Virus record (IMG/VR): IMGVR_UViG_3300032516_000038
Span: 1-52,559 of that record
Reading direction: 5' to 3' (one strand)
DNA length: 52,559 nt
DNA from: a virus
Taxonomy: Duplodnaviria; Caudoviricetes
Position numbers and translations under genes: made by a program. This document shows, one piece after another, positions 28,266 to 37,405 of this stretch. Under the pieces are notes generated by a model. That model was not told where the DNA came from, ran no database searches, and worked only from the letters and a program-made list of their open reading frames with translations. Numbering within the stretch: the stretch's first letter is position 1; every line of letters begins with the position of its first letter.

Positions 28266-28959
28266 GGTGAGCAAGATTTTAAGAGACTTGGTCCCTCTGG
28301 TAGAAGCTCTAGAGAATCCCACTCCACCTGTGGACCTAAACCCCAGTCATGTAACCGCTTTCCGACCTCTCTTTGGCTTTAGTATCTGCGTAGACGCGGG
28401 GCATGGAGGGAGAGATCCCGGAGCTGTAGACGGATTCGAGACTTCCCAACAGGATAAGATAGACACCTACGAGAAATACCTTAATTTAGAACTGGCTTTG
28501 ACTGTAGGTCGGATGCTAGAAGTTATAGGAGCCACAGTAGTCTACACCAGGAAGACGGACGTAGACCTCTGTGATGGTAGACCTCGTGTGAGTGCAGAGG
28601 ATCTAGGACGCCGTTGCAAGATCTCTGATAATGCGAAGTGTGACCTTTTCTTGAGTATACACCACAACTCTAGTGGTGATCTTAGTGCTCATGGGACCGA
28701 GACTTTTGTTTACAAGAAGGGGGGTAAGGCCGAGGTCTTTGCTAAGTCTGTCCAGGGGTGTATGGTTAAAGCCACAGGTTTAACAGACCGTGGAGTTAAA
28801 GAGGGTAACTTCATGGTTCTTCGAGAGACCATCGCACCTGCCATCTTAGTAGAGATAGCTTTTATCTCCAACGTCCAGGAGGAGATACTCTCCAATCAAC
28901 CAGACTGGAGGATGAAGGTAGCCCAGGCCATTGTGGATGGAGTCATGAAAGGGAGGTAA
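28243..28959 (+). CDS. Endolysin, N-acetylmuramoyl-L-alanine amidase (Amidase_3)
   Basis: DAGHGGRDPGA, EKYLNL, FLSIHHN and AILVEIAFISN zinc-amidase motifs. Confidence 0.95.
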   Translation: MEEISLDKVSKILRDLVPLVEALENPTPPVDLNPSHVTAFRPLFGFSICVDAGHGGRDPGAVDGFETSQQDKIDTYEKYLNLELALTVGRMLEVIGATVVYTRKTDVDLCDGRPRVSAEDLGRRCKISDNAKCDLFLSIHHNSSGDLSAHGTETFVYKKGGKAEVFAKSVQGCMVKATGLTDRGVKEGNFMVLRETIAPAILVEIAFISNVQEEILSNQPDWRMKVAQAIVDGVMKGR

Positions 28960-28964
28960 GAACT

Positions 28965-29303
28965 GTGGAAGATCTTATCGCTTTAATTGTTCTAGGAGCT
29001 ATAGTAGAGTGGGTGGTGTCTAAGACTCGCAAGTTTGTGGTCCTTCTAGTGACTGATCCCAAGAAGACTGAAATAGTAGTATGCATTCTCTCTATAATGA
29101 CTGGCGTCTACTATTCATTACAAACGGGGAGAAGCATCTTAATGTCAATGGGACTGTCAGTAAAATGGCCAGTAGCCGATATTCTAGTCACAGGTCTACT
29201 TGTGGGAGCTGCAGGCGGGGCCTGGCATGAATTGATCGCTATCTTGAAGGCTTACAAATTGGGACAGCAGATTAAGAATGATGGAGCATCTCCACCCCAG
29301 TAG
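28965..29303 (+). CDS. Holin
   Basis: Three hydrophobic segments; ILVTGLLVGAAGGAWHELI pattern; follows the endolysin. Confidence 0.7.
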   Translation: MEDLIALIVLGAIVEWVVSKTRKFVVLLVTDPKKTEIVVCILSIMTGVYYSLQTGRSILMSMGLSVKWPVADILVTGLLVGAAGGAWHELIAILKAYKLGQQIKNDGASPPQ

Positions 29304-29305
29304 AG

Positions 29306-29345
29306 AAAAAAAGAGGGCCCAACCTCGACCCAGGCTGGGCCCTCT
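29306..29345 (-). terminator. Terminator at the convergence of lysis and replication operons
   Basis: AGAGGGCCCAACCT/AGGCTGGGCCCTCT stem; the A7 run gives a U-tail on the minus strand. Confidence 0.8.
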
Positions 29346-29359
29346 GTCCTACCGTGTCT

Positions 29360-29962
29360 TTACTTCTTGCCCTTCTTGTGCTTCTTCTTGCCCTTCTTCT
29401 GTTCCTTCGGCTGCGCCTTCGGGACCACGTCTACAACCTTGGTCTTAGCTGCTACCTCTTTCTTGGCTTTCTTGGGTGAGTCCGCGACAGCCCGGCCAGA
29501 CCGGATGTAGTCACGGATCTTGTTGAGGATGGGCTCTCCTTCCATCCAGTAATACCGAGTGAAGGCGTTATCCGGATAGAACTTCGCCCTCAGGATTACC
29601 CTTAGGCTGCGAGGAGAGATACCCAGTTCAGTCCCGAGCTCCTTGGTCGTAATAGCTCCATCCGGGACGTCGAACTTCCGCTCCTTAGCAGCTTTCTTTT
29701 CTTTCTTTTCCTTCTTAGCCTTCTTCGGCTTCGGCTCTTCCTCTTCCTCTTCCTCTACGTCCTCATCCTCTTCGTCTTCAGTCTCCTCTTCCTCTTCTTC
29801 CTCCTCCTCTTCCTCTTCGTCTTCAGTCTCTTCGTCTTCCTCTTCGTCGTCCTCTTCCTCCTCGGGCTCCTCGTCGTCAGCTAGTTCGTCGAGGTTGTCG
29901 AGGTCATCCAGATCGACGTCGTCCTTCTCTTCGACTACGGGCGCTGCCTTCTTCTTAGCCAT
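29360..29962 (-). CDS. Acidic/lysine-rich protein with HTH-like domain
   Basis: ~65-residue D/E tract, K-rich flanks, ITTKELGTELGISPRSLRVILR core; GGAGGT RBS. Confidence 0.75.
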   Translation of the reverse strand: MAKKKAAPVVEEKDDVDLDDLDNLDELADDEEPEEEEDDEEEDEETEDEEEEEEEEEEEETEDEEDEDVEEEEEEEPKPKKAKKEKKEKKAAKERKFDVPDGAITTKELGTELGISPRSLRVILRAKFYPDNAFTRYYWMEGEPILNKIRDYIRSGRAVADSPKKAKKEVAAKTKVVDVVPKAQPKEQKKGKKKHKKGKK

Positions 29963-29975
29963 GTGATCTTACCTC

Positions 29976-30281
29976 CTAGTGTTTCTCGTCCTCATATTCA
30001 AGGACCACTTGCCCTGCTATCAAGCGGTCGACACTTTCTAGTATCACCTGGTCTCCCGCTTTCATTACCTCTCCGTAGGAAACCTCGTCTCCTAAGTCTG
30101 CAACACCAGCTCTAAGTAAGAGCCTTAAGACTAAGAGACTGGCCACTACGTGTTCATACACCAGGGCTGGGCCCTTGGTGTGGACTTCAATGAGCTTACT
30201 CGCCAGTTTCTTAACTCTCTCTCCCTCTCCTGCCCTGTGGACTTCTCCCATAGAGATTACCAAGAGAGCTTTTTCTCGCAT
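29976..30281 (-). CDS. Hypothetical protein (start possibly upstream at 30335)
   Basis: Operon packing; the frame is open from 30335. Confidence 0.6.
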   Translation of the reverse strand: MREKALLVISMGEVHRAGEGERVKKLASKLIEVHTKGPALVYEHVVASLLVLRLLLRAGVADLGDEVSYGEVMKAGDQVILESVDRLIAGQVVLEYEDEKH

Positions 30282-30339
30282 GGAAAGAAGGTCGGAGTCT
30301 GGTATGTTGCTTAGGTCTCCAGCTTCTGCTACGATGGTC

Positions 30340-30633
30340 TTACACCTCCAATAACCGTGAAGCTGCTTTCAGGGCCTCTCTCACGGACTCTACCTTACAG
30401 GCCACCCCTCCATTCTCCTTTATCTGTGAAATCACCTCTGCTTGAAGTGGGGTCAAGCCACGACGATTACCAGGTCTCTTCACTTCAAGGGCGATGAACT
30501 TACCGTTGACGCACCCGAGAAGGTCAGGAACACCTGCAGCCTGGTAGGGACCGCCATGCACTTTCATCCACCAACCTCCGACTTCACTTTCGAGAGCCTT
30601 GAGTATTTTCTTCGTGAGGACTGACTCTAGCAC
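30340..30633 (-). CDS. VRR-NUC domain nuclease / Holliday-junction resolvase-like
   Basis: E...GVPDLLGC..GKFIALEVKRP...TPLQ. Confidence 0.9.
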   Translation of the reverse strand: MLESVLTKKILKALESEVGGWWMKVHGGPYQAAGVPDLLGCVNGKFIALEVKRPGNRRGLTPLQAEVISQIKENGGVACKVESVREALKAASRLLEV

Positions 30634-31190
30634 TAAAAGTCATCCTCGTCTTCATCTTCATCCTCGTCTTCATCCTCATCCTCTTCATCCTCATCCTCTT
30701 CATCCTCATCTTCGTTGTCGTCAGGAGGAGGGACTCCCTTAGATTTCTTCTTACTTTTCGGCTGAGGAGTATCCTCTTCAACTTCAGGCTCACTATCAAC
30801 TTCTCCCTTAGTCTTGAAGAGGCGGAACTTGCGGATGTTGGCGAATGTCCTAGACCCATCTTTCGATGGAGTATGAACGATATCCGCCATGAATACACGA
30901 CCCACAAGTTTCTTAGGGTCTATTACCAAGTCCTGTGCAGCCGAGTCAGACACCTTAATTCCGAGACCCCTCAGGAAGCCCTTGATAATGAAGAAGTTCT
31001 GTGTCAAGGGTAACCTGATATAGTGAACGCCCTTGGAACCTCTAACGGCCTTCACCTTTACCTCGAACCTGTAGTCCTTTGATTTCCTGTCCTTTTCCAC
31101 CATGGAGAGGACCTTGAAGACGACATTACTAGCCTCATCAGCTAGATCTGCGTCTTTTGGGATGTGGATCTTTACTGCCTTCTCGCCCAT
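30633..31190 (-). CDS. Single-stranded DNA-binding protein (DUF669/gp2.5-like)
   Basis: OB-like core with an acidic tail ending in Phe; next to the Sak4-like ATPase. Start revised to the ATG at 31190 (AGGAGG). Confidence 0.7.
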   Translation of the reverse strand: MGEKAVKIHIPKDADLADEASNVVFKVLSMVEKDRKSKDYRFEVKVKAVRGSKGVHYIRLPLTQNFFIIKGFLRGLGIKVSDSAAQDLVIDPKKLVGRVFMADIVHTPSKDGSRTFANIRKFRLFKTKGEVDSEPEVEEDTPQPKSKKKSKGVPPPDDNEDEDEEDEDEEDEDEDEDEDEDEDDF

Positions 31191-32100
31191 CTGGATTATC
31201 CTCCTGTCCATATACAGCGTCCCACACCTTAGGGAATGTCGGCTTCTTCATTGGCATACCCTTAAGGCTGAACAGTCTATCCTTTGTCAGTATGTCCTCA
31301 CTAGGTGCAGCCGTGAGGTATTCCACAGTGATCTTATATTTCTTCCCCTCCTTTGTCCTCTTAGTTTTTGTCTTGAAGTACATTCTCGCTAGTATGTCCA
31401 CGGATCGAGCATACTGGCTTCGGATTACAGGTGGCAGCTCCGGGAAGATGGAGTAACCGGACTCATCATCTTCCTTAAGTTTCTCATGAGCCAACCAGAC
31501 TTGGTTGATAGGAAGTTCTGTCCAGGCGTCTAGCCAATACTTAAAGAGGATGCTTAGGTTATTCCACTTAGAACCCTCGAAACTAACGGTGTCCTTATCC
31601 ACATCTTCCATCCCAGCTAGGTCAAGTAGATACTTCTTCCCTAAGTCCACAAGACCTGTGGCTGTATCTAGGATCACTACTTTGTATGGACATTTTCCTC
31701 TACGTAGTGTCTTGTGGAGATACCAGTAGATGCGCTCCATGTCTCCCCAAGAGCGACATACAAAGACTGTCGCTTCGGTCTTTCTGAGTGTCAGGTGTCC
31801 TTTCTCTCCCATGTCTACTAGTAGAGCACTAGGGGCTGTCCCGGCGAACTTCGTCTTGCCTACCCCAGTTCTACCGAAGATCCCTATCCGAAGATACTTC
31901 GGAAGGTCTTTGACCTTGAAGAGTTCTTTCTCGATATCCTTGATGTTTATGTCAATAGGTCTAGGACCTATGAGATCCTTGATCTCTTCTTCTACTTCAT
32001 CTGTGTAAGTATCTTCAGCTTCCTCTACCAGAGGTAGTCCTTCTTTAGACTTCTTGCGCTTCTTCATCAAAGTCTCCTCTCTGCTCATATAGAGCTGCAA
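31138..32100 (-). CDS. Sak4-like / AAA_24 ATPase (recombinase)
   Basis: IFGRTGVGKTKFA, VVILDTAT, WLAHEK and TKDR. True start probably MKKRKK near 32067. Confidence 0.85.
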   Translation of the reverse strand: MQLYMSREETLMKKRKKSKEGLPLVEEAEDTYTDEVEEEIKDLIGPRPIDINIKDIEKELFKVKDLPKYLRIGIFGRTGVGKTKFAGTAPSALLVDMGEKGHLTLRKTEATVFVCRSWGDMERIYWYLHKTLRRGKCPYKVVILDTATGLVDLGKKYLLDLAGMEDVDKDTVSFEGSKWNNLSILFKYWLDAWTELPINQVWLAHEKLKEDDESGYSIFPELPPVIRSQYARSVDILARMYFKTKTKRTKEGKKYKITVEYLTAAPSEDILTKDRLFSLKGMPMKKPTFPKVWDAVYGQEDNPDGREGSKDPHPKRRRSS

Positions 32101-33064
32101 TTACTGAGTTTATGTCCTGGTCAAACAACTCAGCCATGCAAAGAGGATTCATCTTGCAGTCATTACAGAACCTCTCTTGGAGAGTCCTAGTAAAGTATGT
32201 GGTGTCTTTGATCCTCATAGCCCTAGTCGCGATCTCATACAGGATAGTCTTAGTCAGGCGGTCTGACGCAGGAACCTTGATCCGAGAGAAGAAGGGTCTT
32301 CCCTTTAGTCTCCGGATCTCTTTCTTGTAGTCCTTAGGATCAAACCCATACTTCTTACACGCCAGTAAGAAGGTGTATGGGTCTGTGTCAATACTCTTGG
32401 CTCTAGATAGGGCCTTACCGCTCTTGAGTAATACAGGTACTGCTGGAGGCTTACTACGGAGATAGTTGAACAAGACTCCATCTACGTCTCTCTTGTTGTG
32501 GAATATGAGAGACTTGACCATCAATGAGTAGATGATGCCCTGGATATCTCCGAACTTGACTTCTGACATAGGAGCTGTAGCACTCTTTGTACTCTTATGA
32601 TCCCAGACCCAGATGGTCTCTGTGGGCTTGTGCTCAAAAACGGCGTCTATCCTACCCCTAATGACTACTGGAGTGCCTGGAATTCTAGCACTGAACTTTC
32701 TCTCGATGATTGGCTTGCCCTCAGGATCACATACAAGTACCCACTCTGAGTCTAGTTCCCGGTAGCGATAGACATAACTCCTCATGGTACGGAATGTCTC
32801 TCCGGGAATGTCTCCCAGCACGACCTTTACTTCTTCACCTAGTTCGTCGAACTTCGCCTTATACTCTCGAAGGGGCCCCTTCCAGTCTTCGCCTGCGTAG
32901 AGAGCAGCGAGACATGCATGGAATAGGGTACCTCGTTCAAGAGGACCCACAAGAGTCTTTGGTTGAAGGTTCATTACACGAGTATAGAGATATAGTCTCT
33001 CACAAAAGGCAAAATCTCGTAGGCCTGAGGGAGAGACTCTGATAAGGTCTTCCCCTTGATCCAC
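32045..33064 (-). CDS. PD-(D/E)XK exonuclease (Cas4/RecB-like)
   Basis: SPSG..FAFC, RGTLFH, GRIDAV, WDHKS, Q..IY and C-terminal CNDC...C. Confidence 0.9.
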   Translation of the reverse strand: MDQGEDLIRVSPSGLRDFAFCERLYLYTRVMNLQPKTLVGPLERGTLFHACLAALYAGEDWKGPLREYKAKFDELGEEVKVVLGDIPGETFRTMRSYVYRYRELDSEWVLVCDPEGKPIIERKFSARIPGTPVVIRGRIDAVFEHKPTETIWVWDHKSTKSATAPMSEVKFGDIQGIIYSLMVKSLIFHNKRDVDGVLFNYLRSKPPAVPVLLKSGKALSRAKSIDTDPYTFLLACKKYGFDPKDYKKEIRRLKGRPFFSRIKVPASDRLTKTILYEIATRAMRIKDTTYFTRTLQERFCNDCKMNPLCMAELFDQDINSVIAALYEQRGDFDEEAQEV

Positions 33065-33098
33065 TAGTGGTTTCCCCCTTTTGCCTTGTCTTGCCTAT

Positions 33099-33127
33099 AT
33101 TTTATGTGACCTCGATCCACTTGTCAA
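33099..33127 (-). promoter_or_regulatory. sigmaA-type promoter
   Basis: TTGACA-17 nt-TAAAAT. Confidence 0.85.
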
Positions 33128-33140
33128 CGCCTTTCTAAAC

Positions 33141-33347
33141 CTAATTCTCCCTTACTACTTCTACTGTTCCCGCCCTTCGCTGGTTATCAAACAGTCCTTG
33201 AGCAAGTCCAACCTGTCGTTCGTATATCTCCTTAGCTGTGTTATGTGAGTAGTGTGGGTGACTGGTGAGGCTTATAATGCACTGTATGAGAACCTCTTCT
33301 TCTTGACTCTTATCAGGCTTTTCCATTAATGCTCTCCAGCTCATCAT
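33141..33347 (-). CDS. Hypothetical protein
   Basis: Coupled to the upstream gene by a TAATG overlap. Confidence 0.6.
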   Translation of the reverse strand: MMSWRALMEKPDKSQEEEVLIQCIISLTSHPHYSHNTAKEIYERQVGLAQGLFDNQRRAGTVEVVREN

Positions 33348-33595
33348 TATCCTTTTCCCCCTCGCCAGTTATCCGCGATCATCATCGAGAAGTTTGCGGT
33401 ATGGATTGCATTTGCAGTTGGGTCTTTACCCCCGCGGATATCGAGGGCTAATTCATAGACCCTATCCTGTAATGAACGGAGAAGACCTATCCGTTCAGAC
33501 TGGAGCCATCCATCTTTCCCATATTCACAATCATGTTCAGCCATCTTTTCTTCCATCTTCTCCGAGAACCACCTAATAGCAGATCTCACCACCAC
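33347..33595 (-). CDS. Small helical protein, possibly MazG-like fold
   Basis: FSEKMEEKM..GKDGW...ANFSMMIAD pattern; fold assignment tentative. Confidence 0.45.
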   Translation of the reverse strand: MVVRSAIRWFSEKMEEKMAEHDCEYGKDGWLQSERIGLLRSLQDRVYELALDIRGGKDPTANAIHTANFSMMIADNWRGGKG

Positions 33596-33843
33596 TTTTT
33601 CCCCCTTCCTCTTCCTCTTCCTCCTGACGGAAGACTTTTATGCCAGGGATGACCTCCGCCACAGAAGCTACATTGGTGACGGCCTTCTGCTATAGCTGAA
33701 CTGATAGAGACTGCTCCAAGATCTTCCGGTATACGGGTACATAGACGACTCACGTGGTACACCTTTCCATTCCCTTTAAGTGATATAAAAACTAGATCTC
33801 TTGGTCCAGATTCCACTCCGGTTCCCAATAGGAATCCCTCCAA
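33586..33843 (-). CDS. Ada-like metal-binding domain protein
   Basis: GKVYH...C...AIAEGRHQCSFC. Confidence 0.55.
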   Translation of the reverse strand: MEGFLLGTGVESGPRDLVFISLKGNGKVYHVSRLCTRIPEDLGAVSISSAIAEGRHQCSFCGGGHPWHKSLPSGGRGRGRGKKWW

Positions 33844-34079
33844 GCTGCCAGTATATATTCCTTCTCCTCTTCTTCCTTAACTATCTTCCGACGTTTGAGA
33901 TCACACATATACAGCGTACTCTCTGGGTCTCTCTCCAGAGCCTTTCTAAGCCCACCCCACGTAGCTCCAGAGTGTACCCCCATAGGGCCGATGACACACC
34001 AGATATAGCGAACTGGTTTAGGTAATCTACCCAAGTCTACTGCGTTCGGGATTTTTCCCAAGGCTGTAAGGACCCCCAA
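33792..34079 (-). CDS. Hypothetical protein
   Basis: Operon packing; start uncertain. Confidence 0.5.
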   Translation of the reverse strand: MGVLTALGKIPNAVDLGRLPKPVRYIWCVIGPMGVHSGATWGGLRKALERDPESTLYMCDLKRRKIVKEEEEKEYILAAWRDSYWEPEWNLDQEI

Positions 34080-36502
34080 TGTTTTCCGACTTTTATCTCA
34101 GTCACAATCGGTATGAAGAACCCCACCCCAAAGAGTTCATGCAGGGGGAGATTCTCTAGAACCTGTTTAATCCGTGGCACCCAGTAGTCTACGTGATCTT
34201 TTCTTATTGCCATAAGGAGAGCATCATGAATAATTGACAAGATCCTCATCGTCGGATGATACCTGTCAGGGAAGTCTCTATCGTGTTGTTCTTTAAGCTT
34301 AGAAGCTCCAAGGACTACAAAGTCTGTAGCTGTCCCTTGAACAGGAGCATTGATTGCCTGCCTTTGTGCTTCAGCTCTAACACCCCTATCAGGTGAATAA
34401 ATATCAGGTAGATGACGTATTCTACCTAAGATAGATCTAACATACCCTAACTTAGCTGCTACTTCCTTCTGTCTTTTATGCCAAGCCAGTAAGTCACGGT
34501 AGACTCCAAAGAACCTAGCCCTATACTCTTCAGCTTCTTCTTCTGTGAAGAAAGTTTCGAACTTAGTCAAAGCATATTCCTGAAAGCCCTTTGCACTCAT
34601 ACCATACAAGAAACCGAAGTTGACAGATTTAGCTTTTTTCCTCTGCTCCTTTGTAACCTTCTCTGCTGGTAATCCTAAAATAGACCTAGCTGTGGCCATG
34701 TGGATATCTTCACCAGAAAGAAAGGCCCTTATCATGTTCTTATCCCGTGCCATCTCCGCGGCAATCCTAAGCTCTATCTGGCTGAAGTCTGCTTCTACTA
34801 AGACCCACCCAGGTTCTGCTGTAATGATACCTCTGATCTTTGGATCTCTGGGTACCTGTTGTAGGTTAGGGTCATTACTTGAGAACCTACCAGTGACCAC
34901 TCGAGCTATCCTATACTTCGGATACATTCTGTTATTAGGTTTAATCTTGTCTTTCCATCCATCAAGAAAGAAACTCAGACTATGCTTGAACCCTCGAAAC
35001 TCCATGAGTAGTTCAATGAGTTGATGTTCATCACGAAGACGGATTAATGCTTTCTCGCTAGTACTCGGGGCACCCTTAGGAGTCTTTATTTCCACAGGGA
35101 GTCCAAGACCTTCTTCGCTATAGAGGATATTGGCTACCTGTTTAGGTGAACCCCAATTCACTACTTCAATACCCTGGAGTTCTCTAAAGGACTCAGGTAG
35201 AAGCCCATTCATCTTCTCGGTGACTGCTTCCATAGCTTTCCTGACCTTTATTCGAGCCTTGACTAGCCTTTTTGGTCCTATCTGAACCCCATTGGTTTCC
35301 ATGTCAGTTGCCAGCATTATCCCAGGCATTGAGATATGCTTGGCCAGGGCGGTTAGTCTAACATCTTCTCTAAGTTTTTTATTCATAGGCCCATAGAGAG
35401 ACCTAGTGTAGATAGCATCTTTGGCATTGTGCCTCATAAGGCGTCCTAGAGGGAAGTCCTTATTGAAGTTCTTGGAGTCATCTTTGTAGTTAGAAACACC
35501 TAGAAAGAGTTGCACTAGAAACTCTAGGTTGTGAGGCATGTTCTCGTCAAGCAAGTAACCTACAACCATGGTGTCGAAGTATATCTTTGGTACCCAAATC
35601 CCTGCAAGCAATCGGAGCCACACTAGGTCAAACTGACCGTTCTGGGTAACCCACCTTACCTTCGGGTCTTCTAGTATAGGTCTTAGAGCATCATACACTA
35701 TATTAGCTTTATGTTCCCATGGACTCTTGTGGTGCTCTAGAGGAATCACCCAGGCATGTCCTTCTTTGTCTGATAGAGCTATACAGTATATGGCAGAGTC
35801 AGGAGTTCTAGGGTCTAGGCCTGAAGTCTCTAGGTCAAGAGAGATCAGGTTAGATCCTTTAAGTGCTTTGACACACTCCTCGAGTGCATCTTCATCCCAT
35901 ACCCTTGTCATGGTCTTCTTGTATGATACAACGGGGTCTGGTGTTCCTTGGACAAGGCGGAAGAACTTGGTGATGTCCATCTCAACTAGGATAAGGTTCT
36001 TAGGATTGTAGAGTAGAGAGGCTGGATGAAGTGTGGCTATGACTGTCATACCATTGAGTTTCTGGATCTTTCCCCGCTCCTTGGTGATAGACGAATGGCC
36101 TCTACCTAAGAAACTCATAAGAGCAAACCTACCAAGGAGTAAAACATACTTCGGCTTGACTAACTCTATCTCTGCTTGAAGGTAACGACTGCAAGCTTTG
36201 ATCTCTTTGTTGGTCGGATCACGATTTTCAGGAGGTCTACACTTAACCACATTGGTGATATAAACCTCGTCTCGGGTAACCCCCATGCTAGAGAACGCCT
36301 GGTCTAAGATCTTACCCGCGGATCCACTGAATGGTTTCTCTATCTCATCTTCACGTTTACCTGGAGCCTCTCCAATGACCATGACCTCACACGGTACCGG
36401 TCCTCTGCCTATCAGGCATACACATTGAGCAGTTTCACCGAGTACACAGTCATCACAGTCCGGGTTTCTGAGTGTGAGCCACGCCCTGGTCAGGGTACTC
36501 AA
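34037..36502 (-). CDS. polA: Family A DNA polymerase with N-terminal family-4 uracil-DNA glycosylase domain and 3'-5' exonuclease
   Basis: UDG: CxxC, GEAPG, TNVVKCRPP, HPA. Exo: DLETSG, NGQFD. Pol: ADFSQIELR, KSVNFGFLYG, IHD. Confidence 0.95.
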   Translation of the reverse strand: MSTLTRAWLTLRNPDCDDCVLGETAQCVCLIGRGPVPCEVMVIGEAPGKREDEIEKPFSGSAGKILDQAFSSMGVTRDEVYITNVVKCRPPENRDPTNKEIKACSRYLQAEIELVKPKYVLLLGRFALMSFLGRGHSSITKERGKIQKLNGMTVIATLHPASLLYNPKNLILVEMDITKFFRLVQGTPDPVVSYKKTMTRVWDEDALEECVKALKGSNLISLDLETSGLDPRTPDSAIYCIALSDKEGHAWVIPLEHHKSPWEHKANIVYDALRPILEDPKVRWVTQNGQFDLVWLRLLAGIWVPKIYFDTMVVGYLLDENMPHNLEFLVQLFLGVSNYKDDSKNFNKDFPLGRLMRHNAKDAIYTRSLYGPMNKKLREDVRLTALAKHISMPGIMLATDMETNGVQIGPKRLVKARIKVRKAMEAVTEKMNGLLPESFRELQGIEVVNWGSPKQVANILYSEEGLGLPVEIKTPKGAPSTSEKALIRLRDEHQLIELLMEFRGFKHSLSFFLDGWKDKIKPNNRMYPKYRIARVVTGRFSSNDPNLQQVPRDPKIRGIITAEPGWVLVEADFSQIELRIAAEMARDKNMIRAFLSGEDIHMATARSILGLPAEKVTKEQRKKAKSVNFGFLYGMSAKGFQEYALTKFETFFTEEEAEEYRARFFGVYRDLLAWHKRQKEVAAKLGYVRSILGRIRHLPDIYSPDRGVRAEAQRQAINAPVQGTATDFVVLGASKLKEQHDRDFPDRYHPTMRILSIIHDALLMAIRKDHVDYWVPRIKQVLENLPLHELFGVGFFIPIVTEIKVGKHWGSLQPWEKSRTQ

Positions 36503-36917
36503 AGGCTACCTTGGCCTCCTCTAAAAGAGTATAACTAGGTGTCCAAGACGAGTAGGAGCCCATAGCTCCAGGAGGTATGACCACCCTTACTATTCCCGCA
36601 TTGATGATTAGTTTGATACAGGTAGGGCAGGGAACATGGGTGCAGTAGAGACTAGCCCCTTTCGTGGACAATCCTTCTTTGGCTGCAAAGGCTATCGCAT
36701 TGGCCTCGGCGTGGGATGTGCGAACACAATGGTCATTCTCTATCTGACAACCTACGTCGAGACAATGGGGCATACCAGAGGGTGACCCATTGTAGCCCGT
36801 GGAGATGACGTGGCTGTCTCTAGCTATTACAGCTCCTACGTAGGCCTTATCACAGGTGCCTCTTGTAGCAAATACTCGGGCAACTTCCATCAGAATATGA
36901 TCCCTGGTAGGTCTCAC
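36453..36917 (-). CDS. dCMP deaminase (ComEB-like)
   Basis: TGYNG, HAEANA and PCPTC. Start revised to the GTG at 36917, given the AGAGGAGG RBS and a promoter just upstream. Confidence 0.93.
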   Translation of the reverse strand: MRPTRDHILMEVARVFATRGTCDKAYVGAVIARDSHVISTGYNGSPSGMPHCLDVGCQIENDHCVRTSHAEANAIAFAAKEGLSTKGASLYCTHVPCPTCIKLIINAGIVRVVIPPGAMGSYSSWTPSYTLLEEAKVAFEYPDQGVAHTQKPGL

Positions 36918-36939
36918 TTGCACTCCTCCTCTTACATCT

Positions 36940-36968
36940 ATTATACCATACCGGGTTAGTCTTGTCAA
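36940..36968 (-). promoter_or_regulatory. sigmaA-type promoter for dCMP deaminase and polymerase
   Basis: TTGACA-17 nt-TATAAT with TG extension. Confidence 0.9.
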
Positions 36969-36970
36969 AC

Positions 36971-37405
36971 CTAATGTATCGTTCCTCGAAACACGAACTC
37001 GGGACCTGTATCTCTTAACTTGTAAGTTATCTTCCCACCACCCCACTCCTCCCTGTGGTCTTTGATAACCTTTCTCGCAAGTACCTTAGCTCCCTCTTTA
37101 TTAAGAGCATATAAGCTCCCGAACCAGAGATACCTACCACCCTCAAACCTGATATTCACCACGAAGTTATTCATGATGGTTCTATCAGAGATCTCGTCAC
37201 GCTGGTCTTCTTCTCCGATGAGATTCTGTGGTAATCCATTTGAGAGTAATATCCAGCTTTTAGTCACTCGTTCAACGGCGAAGTAGTAAGGACGTGGATC
37301 ACCTGGACCTCTCTCCTCTTGTTTCAGTCTTTCGATAAGCTCCTGCATCGCTATAGTCCCCGGAAGTCTAAGATATACCTTCACTTTAGAACACTCCTTC
37401 AGCAT
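36971..37405 (-). CDS. Hypothetical protein
   Basis: Operon packing inside the nucleotide-metabolism cluster. Confidence 0.6.
   Translation of the reverse strand: MLKECSKVKVYLRLPGTIAMQELIERLKQEERGPGDPRPYYFAVERVTKSWILLSNGLPQNLIGEEDQRDEISDRTIMNNFVVNIRFEGGRYLWFGSLYALNKEGAKVLARKVIKDHREEWGGGKITYKLRDTGPEFVFRGTIH

Noticed and set aside
29643-29966. Ser-rich plus-strand ORF
   Set aside because: Antisense shadow of the Glu/Asp tract of 29360-29962.
32045-33064. Cas4 as evidence of a CRISPR-Cas system
   Set aside because: It sits with a Sak4-like ATPase and SSB, the usual phage recombination module. There are no cas1/cas2 genes or array.
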